Position numbers and translations under genes: made by a program. Below are positions 8,323-17,703 of a DNA stretch of 64,000 nucleotides, piece after piece; within the stretch, counting starts at the first letter, position 1, and every line of letters starts with the position of its first letter. The stretch covers positions 19,589 through 83,588 of the forward strand of contig CAZVDQ010000003.1 in the NCBI GenBank assembly GCA_964625435.1. Reading direction: 5' to 3'. Below the pieces are notes generated by a model. That model worked only from the letters and a program-made list of their open reading frames with translations. It did no database searches and had not been told where the DNA came from. The DNA is from an uncultured Mariniplasma sp. (lineage in GTDB: Bacteria; Bacillota_I; Bacilli_A; Acholeplasmatales; Acholeplasmataceae).

Positions 8323-9572
8323 GTCGATTTTTGTAATTTCTCATAGTTATTGATAGAATACATCAATTTAACAGCAATTTCCAATCCTTGTGCTGCGGCT
8401 TTTTCCCATAACTTTTTAGCTTTTGCTTCATCTTTTTCAACAATAGCACCTTCGAAATAAATCATACCCAAATTGTATTGCGCAATTGCTAAGTTTCCAT
8501 TTGCTGCTTTCTCATACCAAAAAAATGAACGTTTCATATCTTGAGGAACGCCATCTCCTTTTTGATACATAACAGCAAGATTATATTGTGCATGCGGATG
8601 GTCTAAAGCCGCTGCTTGTTCAAGCAATCTTGCAATCACTTTATAATCTTTGTCTTCCTGCTTAATTAAAATCATTGCTAAATGGTATAAAGCATTTCTG
8701 TTCTTTTTAAGCGCTGCTTTTTCATACCAATAAATAGCTTGTTCAATGTTTTGAGGAATACCCTTACCATTTTGATAATAGAGTCCAACATAATATTCCG
8801 CTTCAGTATGATGCTGTTTAGCAGCAACCATGAACCACTCAAAAGCTTTAAGTGGTGATTTAGGTTCTTTTTCATGATAGTAAAGCCCTAAAGTGAACGC
8901 TGCTAGCCCATATTGCTGGTTTGCAGCTTTTTCAAGATAAACAACTGCTGTTGACCATTTCTTTTCTTCAATCGCTGTAACCCCTAATGCATATTGCGCA
9001 TATGGATGGTCTTGTTTAGCAGCCATTTCATAGTATTTCTTAGCTGTTTCAGCTTGATTTTCATTTTCACCAATTGTTTCGTAAATCATACCAAGCATAT
9101 ATTGTGAATCACTATATCCTAAGTCAGCAGATTTTAAAAACCATTCGATTGATTTAAATATATATCTTTGAATATTAAATCCATAATAATAAAAAGTACC
9201 TAATATATGGATACTCACTACATCTTTATGTTCTGCCTCAGCAAGTAACATCGCATAGCTCTTTCTAAAATAATCATTAGCAATTGCATCATCTTGATCT
9301 ACACCCGTTCCGGTATGATGCATTAAACCAATCGCATAATCACATTTAGCGCTCCCTAAAGAAGCTCCTTTATGGTAATATTCTAAGGCTTGATTAAAAT
9401 CAAGTGAAACACCATCACCCAAACCATAAAAACGACCTAAAAAATAATAGGCATCAGCATGTCCTTGAGAAGCTGCAACATTAAAATGTTCAATCGCTAC
9501 CATGATATTCTTTTTGGGTGTATTTAATATATAATTTGATAAACCAGCTTGATAATTCGTATTTGCATTCAT
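8310..9572 (-). CDS. Sel1-like repeat (SLR/TPR) protein
   Basis: About 9-10 repeats of A..G...AQY.LG..Y..G.GV..D...A..WY.KAA. Start uncertain because no clear RBS. Confidence 0.9.
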   Translation of the reverse strand: MNANTNYQAGLSNYILNTPKKNIMVAIEHFNVAASQGHADAYYFLGRFYGLGDGVSLDFNQALEYYHKGASLGSAKCDYAIGLMHHTGTGVDQDDAIANDYFRKSYAMLLAEAEHKDVVSIHILGTFYYYGFNIQRYIFKSIEWFLKSADLGYSDSQYMLGMIYETIGENENQAETAKKYYEMAAKQDHPYAQYALGVTAIEEKKWSTAVVYLEKAANQQYGLAAFTLGLYYHEKEPKSPLKAFEWFMVAAKQHHTEAEYYVGLYYQNGKGIPQNIEQAIYWYEKAALKKNRNALYHLAMILIKQEDKDYKVIARLLEQAAALDHPHAQYNLAVMYQKGDGVPQDMKRSFFWYEKAANGNLAIAQYNLGMIYFEGAIVEKDEAKAKKLWEKAAAQGLEIAVKLMYSINNYEKLQKSTWQN

Positions 9573-9646
9573 ATAATCATGTAAGATTTAAATTGTATTA
9601 AGTTAGAACTTATACACTTTTAAATCTTTGCTCCTTTTCATCTAAT

Positions 9647-11602
9647 TTAATCCTCTGTTTTTAGTTCAAATATTAAATCCCTTAATTCTGCGGCTTTTTC
9701 AAAGTTAAGATTCTTCGCTGCATCTTTCATTTCGGATTCTAATGATTTAATCATCTTATCCCTATCTTTTTTAGTAAGTTTATTATAATCCTTATCTTCT
9801 GCAATTAAATCTTCCTTAAGTGAAATTTTATCTCTAATATCCTTTTGGATTGTGATTGGAACTACATGATTTTTTTCGTTAAACTCTTGTTGTAATTTTC
9901 TTCTTCTATTTGTTTCATTAATAGCAAATTCCATTGCTGGAGATATTTTATCTGCATACATAATGACACGGCCATTCTGATTTCTGGCTGCGCGACCCAT
10001 GGTTTGAATTAAACTTCGTTCACTTCTTAAAAAACCTTGTTTATCAGCATCTAATATAGCAACAAGTGAAACCTCAGGTAAATCAAGTCCTTCTCGTAAA
10101 AGGTTTATCCCAATCAAGACATCATATTTTCCTAATCTTAGATCTCTTAGGATTGTAATGCGCTCAAGAGATTTAATTTCACTATGTAAATATGCAACTT
10201 TTACTCCAAGCTGTTTGAAATATCCAGTTAAATCTTCACTCATTCTTATCGTTAAAGTTGTTATCAGAACGCGTTCATTTTCAAGAACTCTTTTTTTGAT
10301 TTCAAAATATAAATCATCTATTTGTCCCTGTGATGGTCTCACTTCAATAACGGGATCCAAAAGGTAAGTTGGTCTGATGATTTGTTCAACTACAGGAATA
10401 TCTTTATTAAGCTCATAAGGGCCTGGTGTTGCAGATAAATAAACAACATTTTTCATCTTACTTTCAAATTCATCAAACTGTAAAGGTCTATTATCCAGTG
10501 CACTCGGTAATCTAAATCCGTGATCTACGAGTGTTTGTTTTCTTGAGCGATCTCCAAAATACATGCCTCTAACTTGAGGTATAGTGACATGGGATTCATC
10601 GACAATCAATAGAAAATCTTCACCAAAGAAATCCATCAAGGTTGATGGTGTTTCACCAGCTTCTCGCAGTGCAATGTGTCTTGAATAATTTTCTATACCA
10701 CTACAAAATCCTATTTCTTCTAGCATTTCCATATCATATTTTGTTCTTTGTTCTATTCTCTGAGCTTCAAGCAACAAATTATTCCCTTTGAAATAAGCAA
10801 TTTGTTCTTGTAACTCATTTTTGATTCTGCGAATCGATTCATTTAATTTTTCTTTATTGGTCATGAAATGGGAAGCAGGAAAAATAGTAGCAAAACTTAA
10901 TGCTTCAATCGCCTGTCCTGTTAAAACATCAAATCGTTTGATTTCTTCAATCTCATCACCAAAAAATGAAATTCTAATTCCTTGAGCTCTTTCGTATGCA
11001 GGAATGACTTCAATTGAATCACCACGCACACGGAATGTTCCTCTATGAAAATCAATATCGTTTCTTTGATACGTTTGTTCAACTAACTTATTGATCAATA
11101 CATCTCTGCCATATTGATCACCCAGACGTATAGAAATCATAGAGTTTTTATATTCGTCCGGATCTCCAATACCATAGATACATGAAACTGAAGCAACAAC
11201 AATAACATAATCGCTTTCAAGTAATGATGAAGTTGCACTATGTCTCATTTCATCAATTTCATCATTAATTGATGAATCTTTTTCAATGTAGGTATCAGAA
11301 GAAACCACATATGCTTCTGGTTGAAAATAATCATAGTAAGATATGAAATATTCAACACGATTATTAGGAAAAAAAGCCTTAAGCTCGCCATATAACTGGC
11401 CAGCTAAGGTCTTGTTAGGGGCGAGTATTAAGGTTTTCTTTTGCACGTGTGAAACTATATTTGCAATTGTAAATGTCTTACCTGTTCCTGTTGCACCCAA
11501 AAGAACCTGTTCTCTTAATCCATTAAACATGTTGTTTTTCAAGGTTTCAATTGCTTTTATTTGATCCCCTTTAGGTGTAAATGGGGCTATTAATTCAAAC
11601 AT
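9647..11602 (-). CDS. uvrB: Excinuclease ABC subunit B
   Basis: GATGTGKT Walker [11 protein letters not shown] beta-hairpin, [15 protein letters not shown]-terminal UVR coiled coil. Confidence 0.98.
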   Translation of the reverse strand: MFELIAPFTPKGDQIKAIETLKNNMFNGLREQVLLGATGTGKTFTIANIVSHVQKKTLILAPNKTLAGQLYGELKAFFPNNRVEYFISYYDYFQPEAYVVSSDTYIEKDSSINDEIDEMRHSATSSLLESDYVIVVASVSCIYGIGDPDEYKNSMISIRLGDQYGRDVLINKLVEQTYQRNDIDFHRGTFRVRGDSIEVIPAYERAQGIRISFFGDEIEEIKRFDVLTGQAIEALSFATIFPASHFMTNKEKLNESIRRIKNELQEQIAYFKGNNLLLEAQRIEQRTKYDMEMLEEIGFCSGIENYSRHIALREAGETPSTLMDFFGEDFLLIVDESHVTIPQVRGMYFGDRSRKQTLVDHGFRLPSALDNRPLQFDEFESKMKNVVYLSATPGPYELNKDIPVVEQIIRPTYLLDPVIEVRPSQGQIDDLYFEIKKRVLENERVLITTLTIRMSEDLTGYFKQLGVKVAYLHSEIKSLERITILRDLRLGKYDVLIGINLLREGLDLPEVSLVAILDADKQGFLRSERSLIQTMGRAARNQNGRVIMYADKISPAMEFAINETNRRRKLQQEFNEKNHVVPITIQKDIRDKISLKEDLIAEDKDYNKLTKKDRDKMIKSLESEMKDAAKNLNFEKAAELRDLIFELKTED

Positions 11603-11614
11603 TTCCGCACATCC

Positions 11615-13315
11615 TTAAATATCTTTATCTATCTCGTGTGGTTTTGGTACTAAAATACTTTGCGGTACATATAATGGTTCAATAACTGAACTTGCAATAT
11701 TCATTAAATGATCGCCAATACGTTCAAGATTTGATAATATATCAGGATAATTTGCTGCAACGATGAATGTAATTTCACCCTTCTTTAATCTTTCAATATA
11801 TCGATATCTAAATCTCTCTTCGAGTTCATCAACAACATCTTCATTTTCAACAACTCTTCTTGCAATGATGGGATCTATATTTGCAAAACTTTCAAGTGTA
11901 TCATTTAACATCTGTTCTAAGACGTCATATAATTCATTTAAATCTGCTGTTCCATCAACTGATAAAAATTGAGATTCATTATATCGATCACGGAAAAATT
12001 CAACAATATTTGTCAAGTGATCTCCAATACGTTCAAAATCTTTAATTGTATCAAGATCTCGGGAAAGTTTCTTAGAATCGTTTTTATCTAAACCAGCTTG
12101 TGAAATCTTAATTAGGTAATCATGAAGTTTTTGATCATAAGTATCTATCATCATTTCATGAAGATATGCTTCTTCTACGAGCTTAGAATTTTCTTTAAAA
12201 CTATAGGATCTTGTGATATCAAAATAATCCTTAACAATCGATCCCATATATAACAGGACCTTCCTTACAAATTCTAAGGCAAGGGAAGGCGATTCCTTAA
12301 TCAATTTCTCATCAAACATATGTTCGGGAATTTCCTTGCCAGACTTATCCTTCACCACTAATTTAGCGACAAAGATCATCTGATTAATGAAGAAATATAA
12401 AATAATTGTCATTGTTATATTTTGAACAGCGTGTGCTAATGCAATGGAATACATAGAATATTGTGTTAAGAACCTTGTCTCAAACCATTGAATGAAATTC
12501 TCATATGGTATGAGAATAATTAAGAAGAATATAGCTCCAATCATATTAAACATGACGTGAATAACTGCAGCTCTTTTACTTTCAACATTACCACCAATTG
12601 AAGCTAAGAATGCTGTAATTGTTGTTCCTATATTTGCCCCTAATAAAATGGGGATCGCACCATTTAAAGTGATCGATTGAACATCAACATTCAATGCATA
12701 TAATTTTTCAAGTACACCAATAGCAGCTGATGATGATTGAATGATCGCTGTGAAGAATGTTCCAAATACAGATCCTAAAAACCAGTTTGTAGAGAATGTA
12801 TTGAACATATTTTCAGCAGCTTGAGTTGCTGCAAGTGGCTTAAGCCCGGCTGCCATTGTATTTAACCCAACAAATAACATCCCTAAACCAATTAAAACAC
12901 CACCAAAGTGATTAATCTTCTTCTTTTTAATAAACGACATGACGACGCCAAATGCTACAAATACTAAACCGTAATCAGCAATTGGTAAAGCAACAATGAA
13001 TGCCGTAACGGTGGTACCAATATTTGCACCCATAATAATTCCCACTGATTGTGGTAGAGTCATCAAACCGGCTCTCAATAATCCAATCATCAACGCGGTC
13101 GTTGCTGAAGAAGATTGAATAAGCACTGTCAAGATAATACCGACAAATATTCCTTTCAAAGGTGTATTTGTTGTTTTCTCAATAATTGATTTTAACCTGG
13201 TTCCAGCTGCAGCTTTTAAAGAATCGCTCATGAGAGTAATTCCAAATAGGAAAAGTGCAAGTCCTCCAAAAACACTCATTAAATTATCGCTTAGCGTTAA
13301 GGCTATAACAGTCAT
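11615..13315 (-). CDS. Na+/phosphate cotransporter with C-terminal PhoU-like domain
   Basis: Twin QSSS motifs, GANIGTT twice, PhoU-like ERIGDH repeats; AAGGAG RBS. Confidence 0.9.
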   Translation of the reverse strand: MTVIALTLSDNLMSVFGGLALFLFGITLMSDSLKAAAGTRLKSIIEKTTNTPLKGIFVGIILTVLIQSSSATTALMIGLLRAGLMTLPQSVGIIMGANIGTTVTAFIVALPIADYGLVFVAFGVVMSFIKKKKINHFGGVLIGLGMLFVGLNTMAAGLKPLAATQAAENMFNTFSTNWFLGSVFGTFFTAIIQSSSAAIGVLEKLYALNVDVQSITLNGAIPILLGANIGTTITAFLASIGGNVESKRAAVIHVMFNMIGAIFFLIILIPYENFIQWFETRFLTQYSMYSIALAHAVQNITMTIILYFFINQMIFVAKLVVKDKSGKEIPEHMFDEKLIKESPSLALEFVRKVLLYMGSIVKDYFDITRSYSFKENSKLVEEAYLHEMMIDTYDQKLHDYLIKISQAGLDKNDSKKLSRDLDTIKDFERIGDHLTNIVEFFRDRYNESQFLSVDGTADLNELYDVLEQMLNDTLESFANIDPIIARRVVENEDVVDELEERFRYRYIERLKKGEITFIVAANYPDILSNLERIGDHLMNIASSVIEPLYVPQSILVPKPHEIDKDI

Positions 13316-13360
13316 GACTGATCTCCTTGTAATAACATCATTTATTTTGGCAACCCCATT

Positions 13361-13382
13361 AAAAAAGCATCTCGTGATGCTT
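13361..13382 (-). terminator. Terminator-like hairpin inside the 5' leader of the Na/Pi cotransporter
   Basis: AAGCATC-ACGA-GATGCTT then TTTT on the minus strand, downstream of an extended -10 (TGTTATAAT, 13429-13421). Confidence 0.55.
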
Positions 13383-13476
13383 ATCTAGCTGCCAGGTTAA
13401 AGATTGGTATGTCTACTCGTATTATAACATATAATGTTATCATCAAAAAACAGTATTTGAAGAAAACGTTTTATAC

Positions 13477-13507
13477 AAAAAAGAATGCATCAAATTGATG
13501 CATTCTT
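13477..13507 (-). terminator. Intrinsic terminator of the ABC-ABC-marR operon
   Basis: 12-bp perfect stem AAGAATGCATCA/TGATGCATTCTT plus T tract. Confidence 0.75.
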
Positions 13508-13516
13508 ATCTGTGTT

Positions 13517-13945
13517 TTATTCTATTGTATCGTAAAGTTTAGCAATAATACTTCTTAGTTGAGCGAGTTCTTCCTTTGTCAAAACTTCGAAAACGCGCTG
13601 ATGCATTTTTGCGCCTTGTGCTTTGAAAGCTTTCGCAATTTCTAAACCTTTTTCTGTCAACTTGTATATATTCTTATACTTTGTAATATCTCCTTTTTCA
13701 AGGATTCCGTTTTCTATCAATTCCTTTAAGGCACGAGAAGTATGTGCTTTGTCAAGAAATGATTTTTCAGAAAGTTCGTGTTGCGTCATACCTTCTTTAT
13801 TGGCATTGAGCATCATAAGATAAGGTACATGGGCTTTACCAATATGGTATTTATCCATTATTTTTTGATGTTGTTCCATCATTTTCTTTTGTAAAGCGGA
13901 AAACAGCATGGGGAGTAATGACATATCATGATTCATATGCATCAC
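13517..13945 (-). CDS. MarR family transcriptional regulator
   Basis: MTQHELSEKSFLDKAHTSRALKELIENG wHTH and YKLTEKG wing. Confidence 0.85.
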   Translation of the reverse strand: MMHMNHDMSLLPMLFSALQKKMMEQHQKIMDKYHIGKAHVPYLMMLNANKEGMTQHELSEKSFLDKAHTSRALKELIENGILEKGDITKYKNIYKLTEKGLEIAKAFKAQGAKMHQRVFEVLTKEELAQLRSIIAKLYDTIE

Positions 13946-15805
13946 CTAGGCTGGTTCAAATTGGCTATTGTATAGATCTGCGTAGAAACCATTTTGGTCA
14001 AGCAATTCTTGGTGTTTACCAGTTTCAATAACATTTCCATCCTTTAATACCAATATTAAATCTGCATTCTTAATGGTTGATAATCGGTGAGCAATAACAA
14101 ATGTTGTTCTACCCTTCATGAGTTCATCCATAGCTTCTTGAATAAGTATTTCTGTTCTAACATCGACACTTGATGTTGCTTCATCTAAGATAAGCATAGG
14201 TGCATCAGCAACCATCGCTCTTGCAATGGTTAATAACTGCTTTTGCCCTTGTGAAATATTTGAGTTTTCATCGAGTTCCATTTCATACCCAAATGGGTGT
14301 GATTTGATGAAATGATGTACATTCGCAGTCTTTGCTGCTTCAACGACTTCTTCCATTGTTGCATCTCTTCTACCATAGACCAAATTATCAATAATTTTAC
14401 CTTTAAATAACCATGTATCTTGCAAAACCATACCAAAGAGCTCATGAACATCATTTCTTGACATGTTCTTTGTTGATGTGCCATCAACTAAGATATCTCC
14501 AGAATTAACTTCATAAAAACGCATGAGTAAGTTTACAATTGTTGTTTTACCAGCACCTGTAGGTCCAACAATAGCTATTTTTTGACCTGCTTTAATCTTG
14601 ACATTAAGATTATGAATAATTTCTTTATCTTCTGAGTAACCAAATTTAACGTGTTTAAATTCAACATTTCCCTTAACAGTTCCTACATGATGTGTTTCTA
14701 CTTCTCTACTCATTTCTTCTTCATTTAAAAATTCAAATACTCTTTCAGAAGCAGCGAGTGCTGATTGCGCTTGAGTCATTGACTGAGCAATCTGACCAAG
14801 AGGTTGACTAAATGTTCTTACATACTGTAACATTGCTGCAATATCACCAATAAGGATTGTTCCAGCAACTGCCAAGATACCACCAAATACGGAAATAGCA
14901 ACATAACTTAAATTCCCAACGAAATTCATAATAGGAAACATAAGTCCTGAAATAAACTGGCTTTTCCAAGTTGAAGTGTATAAAGCTTCATTCGATTTTT
15001 CAAATGTTTCGTTTGATTTTTCTTCTGCGTTAAATGCTTTAATAATTTGTTGGCCAGAATATGATTCTTCTATATGTCCATTGAGCTCACCCAATGTTTT
15101 ACGTTGAGATCTAAAATGTTTTTGTGATACTTTAATAATTCTACTCATGATAAATGCACTAAGTGGTAATGAAAGTACCGCAACAATCGTTAAATGCCAA
15201 CTAATTGTGAGCATCATAATGAATACCCCAATAATAAGTGTAATTGATGAGAATAATGTTGATACTGAACTATTTAATGCTTGTCCTATCGTATCAATAT
15301 CATTGGTCATTCTTGATAATGTATCACCATGACTTGTTTTATCAAAATATTTTAAAGGAAGTTTATCCATCTTATCAAAAAGATTAGAACGCATTTCCTT
15401 GGTAATTCTTTGTGTCAATCTTGTAATGATAATACCTTGTGCCAAATTGAAAGCATAACTTGCTACATATAATCCAATTAAAATGTATACAATATTCCAT
15501 ATCACATCAAAATTAATATTTGTAATAAATGTACCTAAAATCGGGTTAAATGAAATTCCATTTTGAACTTCATTGATGATATGTCCTAATAGCTTAGGGC
15601 CGACAATACTAAATCCAGCACCTGCCATTGCAAAGATTATTACTAAAATCATTTTGAAACGGTGTGGTTTTAAATATGCTAATAACTGTTTTAAAGCTTT
15701 TTTGATGGACTTTGGTTTTTCACCAGCGAAACGTCCAGCGGGTCCATGTCCACTACCAGGTCCGCCTCTTACAGGAGTTGATGTCTTTTTTTCTTCATTA
15801 GGCAT
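13946..15805 (-). CDS. Type IV ABC exporter subunit, TM288/EfrB-like
   Basis: GPTGAGKT, signature ISQGQ, ILDEATSSVD, IAHRLS; N-terminal GGPGSGHGP motif. Confidence 0.9.
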   Translation of the reverse strand: MPNEEKKTSTPVRGGPGSGHGPAGRFAGEKPKSIKKALKQLLAYLKPHRFKMILVIIFAMAGAGFSIVGPKLLGHIINEVQNGISFNPILGTFITNINFDVIWNIVYILIGLYVASYAFNLAQGIIITRLTQRITKEMRSNLFDKMDKLPLKYFDKTSHGDTLSRMTNDIDTIGQALNSSVSTLFSSITLIIGVFIMMLTISWHLTIVAVLSLPLSAFIMSRIIKVSQKHFRSQRKTLGELNGHIEESYSGQQIIKAFNAEEKSNETFEKSNEALYTSTWKSQFISGLMFPIMNFVGNLSYVAISVFGGILAVAGTILIGDIAAMLQYVRTFSQPLGQIAQSMTQAQSALAASERVFEFLNEEEMSREVETHHVGTVKGNVEFKHVKFGYSEDKEIIHNLNVKIKAGQKIAIVGPTGAGKTTIVNLLMRFYEVNSGDILVDGTSTKNMSRNDVHELFGMVLQDTWLFKGKIIDNLVYGRRDATMEEVVEAAKTANVHHFIKSHPFGYEMELDENSNISQGQKQLLTIARAMVADAPMLILDEATSSVDVRTEILIQEAMDELMKGRTTFVIAHRLSTIKNADLILVLKDGNVIETGKHQELLDQNGFYADLYNSQFEPA

Positions 15806-17567
15806 GAGTCAGTTCCTCCTTTGATAATTGTGCAAAAGCAATATCTTGATAAGGTTTACATGTTTCAAGTAATTCTTTGTGTGTTCCCTTACCAACAATA
15901 AGCCCTTTATCTAAAACAATGATTTGTTCAGCATCCATAATGGTTCCTATACGTTGTCCAATAATGATTCTTAAAGAATCAGCAGTGACTTTCTTTAACG
16001 CATTACGAAGCGATTTATCGGTTCTATAATCGAGCGCAGAAAATGAATCATCAAATAAATAAATGACTGGTTGTTTTACTAATGCTCTTGCGATAGCCAA
16101 TCTTTGTTTCTGGCCACCTGAGACATTGGTTCCACCTTGATCAATCGTCTGGTGCATTCCTTCTTCTGATTCATTGACATAATCTTTAATTTGAGCAATT
16201 TCTAATGCTTCCATAACTTCTTCTTCAGTAGCATCTTCTCTTCCTAATCTTGCATTAGATAAAATATCTCCTGAAAAGAGTGTTCCCTGTTGAGGTACAT
16301 ACCCCATAAGTTTATAAAGATCATGTAACTTATAAGTTTTTATATCCTTTTTATTAATCAAAATTTGTCCTTCGGAGACTTCATAAAATCTTAAAATGAG
16401 TTGAACGATGGTTGATTTCCCTGAACCTGTAGATCCAATAAATGCTAGTGTTTCACCCTTCTTAACTTTGAAGTTGAGATCTTGTAAGACACATTCCTCA
16501 GCATTTGGATATCTAAAGCAGACATTGATAAATTCGATTTCTACATTATCTGCAGGTTTAATATCAGTTGCATAACGATTGTCTATGATTGGTTTTGTAT
16601 TAATTACAGCTCTTACTCTTTTTGCAGAAACCCATGCTCTTGGTAAAAATATAAAGAGCATAATGAGCATCATAAATGACATCAAAATAACCATTGCATA
16701 AGATGTAAACTGAATTTGAAGTGATAATCCTTCGTATGGTGTAGATCCTAAAAGATTATCTCTAATTAAAAGCGATCCTACTAAAATTAATCCTAAGTTC
16801 ATACTATACATAATAAAGTTCATACCAGGAAAAACAAAGCTCATTGCTGTGTTTACAAATATATTCGTATTCGTTAATCTTGTATTGACCCCTTCAAACT
16901 TCGTCTGTTGAATATCTTCAGCATGATGTGCTCTAACTACACGAATACCCGTGAGAGTTTCTCTAGTTACTTGATTGAGTTCGTCAGTTTGTTTCTGAAT
17001 TTTCCCATATTTTGGACTTACTAGAATAAAGATAATTGTGATTAGTGTAATAATCGAAACAACACCTGCAATAACGACCATTGACATCGTTGCATTAATA
17101 TTGGTAATTTTATTAATTCCAGATATTGCCATAATTGGTGCGGTAATAAGCATCCTAAGCATAATGATTGTTGTCATTTGAATTTGCTGAACATCATTTG
17201 TCGTACGCGTAATTAAGGATGGCGTCGTAAATTTATTGATTTCTTCTGACGAGAACCCTTGAACCTGTTGAAAGACTTTACTTCGGAGCGTATTTGCAAG
17301 TTTTGTTCCAAGTCTTGCAGCAATATAACTCACGATGATTGTTGCGGTAATACTACCTAAAGTAATAAGCAACATCATTCCGCCTTCTTTAAGGATTTCG
17401 GATGTCTGTGATGTATTTAGTGCAATTCCTGTTCCAATTAATGTAATAATTCTTCCCATGTACTCAGGAAGTTTTAAATCGAGTTGTACCTGAAGATAGA
17501 CAAACCCTACAATAAAGAGTATGAAAATCCAGTGATACCATCTAAAAAACTTAAATAATTTAAACAT
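15798..17567 (-). CDS. Type IV ABC exporter subunit, TM287/EfrA-like
   Basis: GSTGSGKS, VSGGQ, degenerate Walker B FDDSFSALD and switch Q (IGQR). Confidence 0.9.
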   Translation of the reverse strand: MFKLFKFFRWYHWIFILFIVGFVYLQVQLDLKLPEYMGRIITLIGTGIALNTSQTSEILKEGGMMLLITLGSITATIIVSYIAARLGTKLANTLRSKVFQQVQGFSSEEINKFTTPSLITRTTNDVQQIQMTTIIMLRMLITAPIMAISGINKITNINATMSMVVIAGVVSIITLITIIFILVSPKYGKIQKQTDELNQVTRETLTGIRVVRAHHAEDIQQTKFEGVNTRLTNTNIFVNTAMSFVFPGMNFIMYSMNLGLILVGSLLIRDNLLGSTPYEGLSLQIQFTSYAMVILMSFMMLIMLFIFLPRAWVSAKRVRAVINTKPIIDNRYATDIKPADNVEIEFINVCFRYPNAEECVLQDLNFKVKKGETLAFIGSTGSGKSTIVQLILRFYEVSEGQILINKKDIKTYKLHDLYKLMGYVPQQGTLFSGDILSNARLGREDATEEEVMEALEIAQIKDYVNESEEGMHQTIDQGGTNVSGGQKQRLAIARALVKQPVIYLFDDSFSALDYRTDKSLRNALKKVTADSLRIIIGQRIGTIMDAEQIIVLDKGLIVGKGTHKELLETCKPYQDIAFAQLSKEELTHA

Positions 17568-17597
17568 AGTTCACCTCTTATTATTATGACTATCTTT

Positions 17598-17628
17598 ATT
17601 ATCCTTATTTTTGTTGATTTGTCAACAA
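17598..17628 (-). promoter_or_regulatory. Promoter with overlapping 7-4-7 palindrome (candidate MarR operator)
   Basis: TTGACA (17625-17620), 16-nt spacer, GATAAT; TTGTTGA-N4-TCAACAA at 17611-17628 covers the -35. Confidence 0.6.
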
Positions 17629-17653
17629 TTTTGCATTTTTTACATAATTTAAT

Positions 17654-17683
17654 AAAAAAAGACACATCGCAATGAATGTGTCT
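17654..17683 (-). terminator. Intrinsic terminator after ppdK
   Basis: GACACAT/ATGTGTC stem plus T7 on the minus strand. Confidence 0.65.
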
Positions 17684-17703
17684 AAATTATTTTTTTAAAT
17701 GAG

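Noticed and set aside
9573-9646. Possible frameshifted 5' extension of the Sel1 gene (AAGGAG lies far upstream of the ATG)
   Set aside because: All three frames contain stops in this gap and no Sel1-like coding signal; cannot be supported without homologs.
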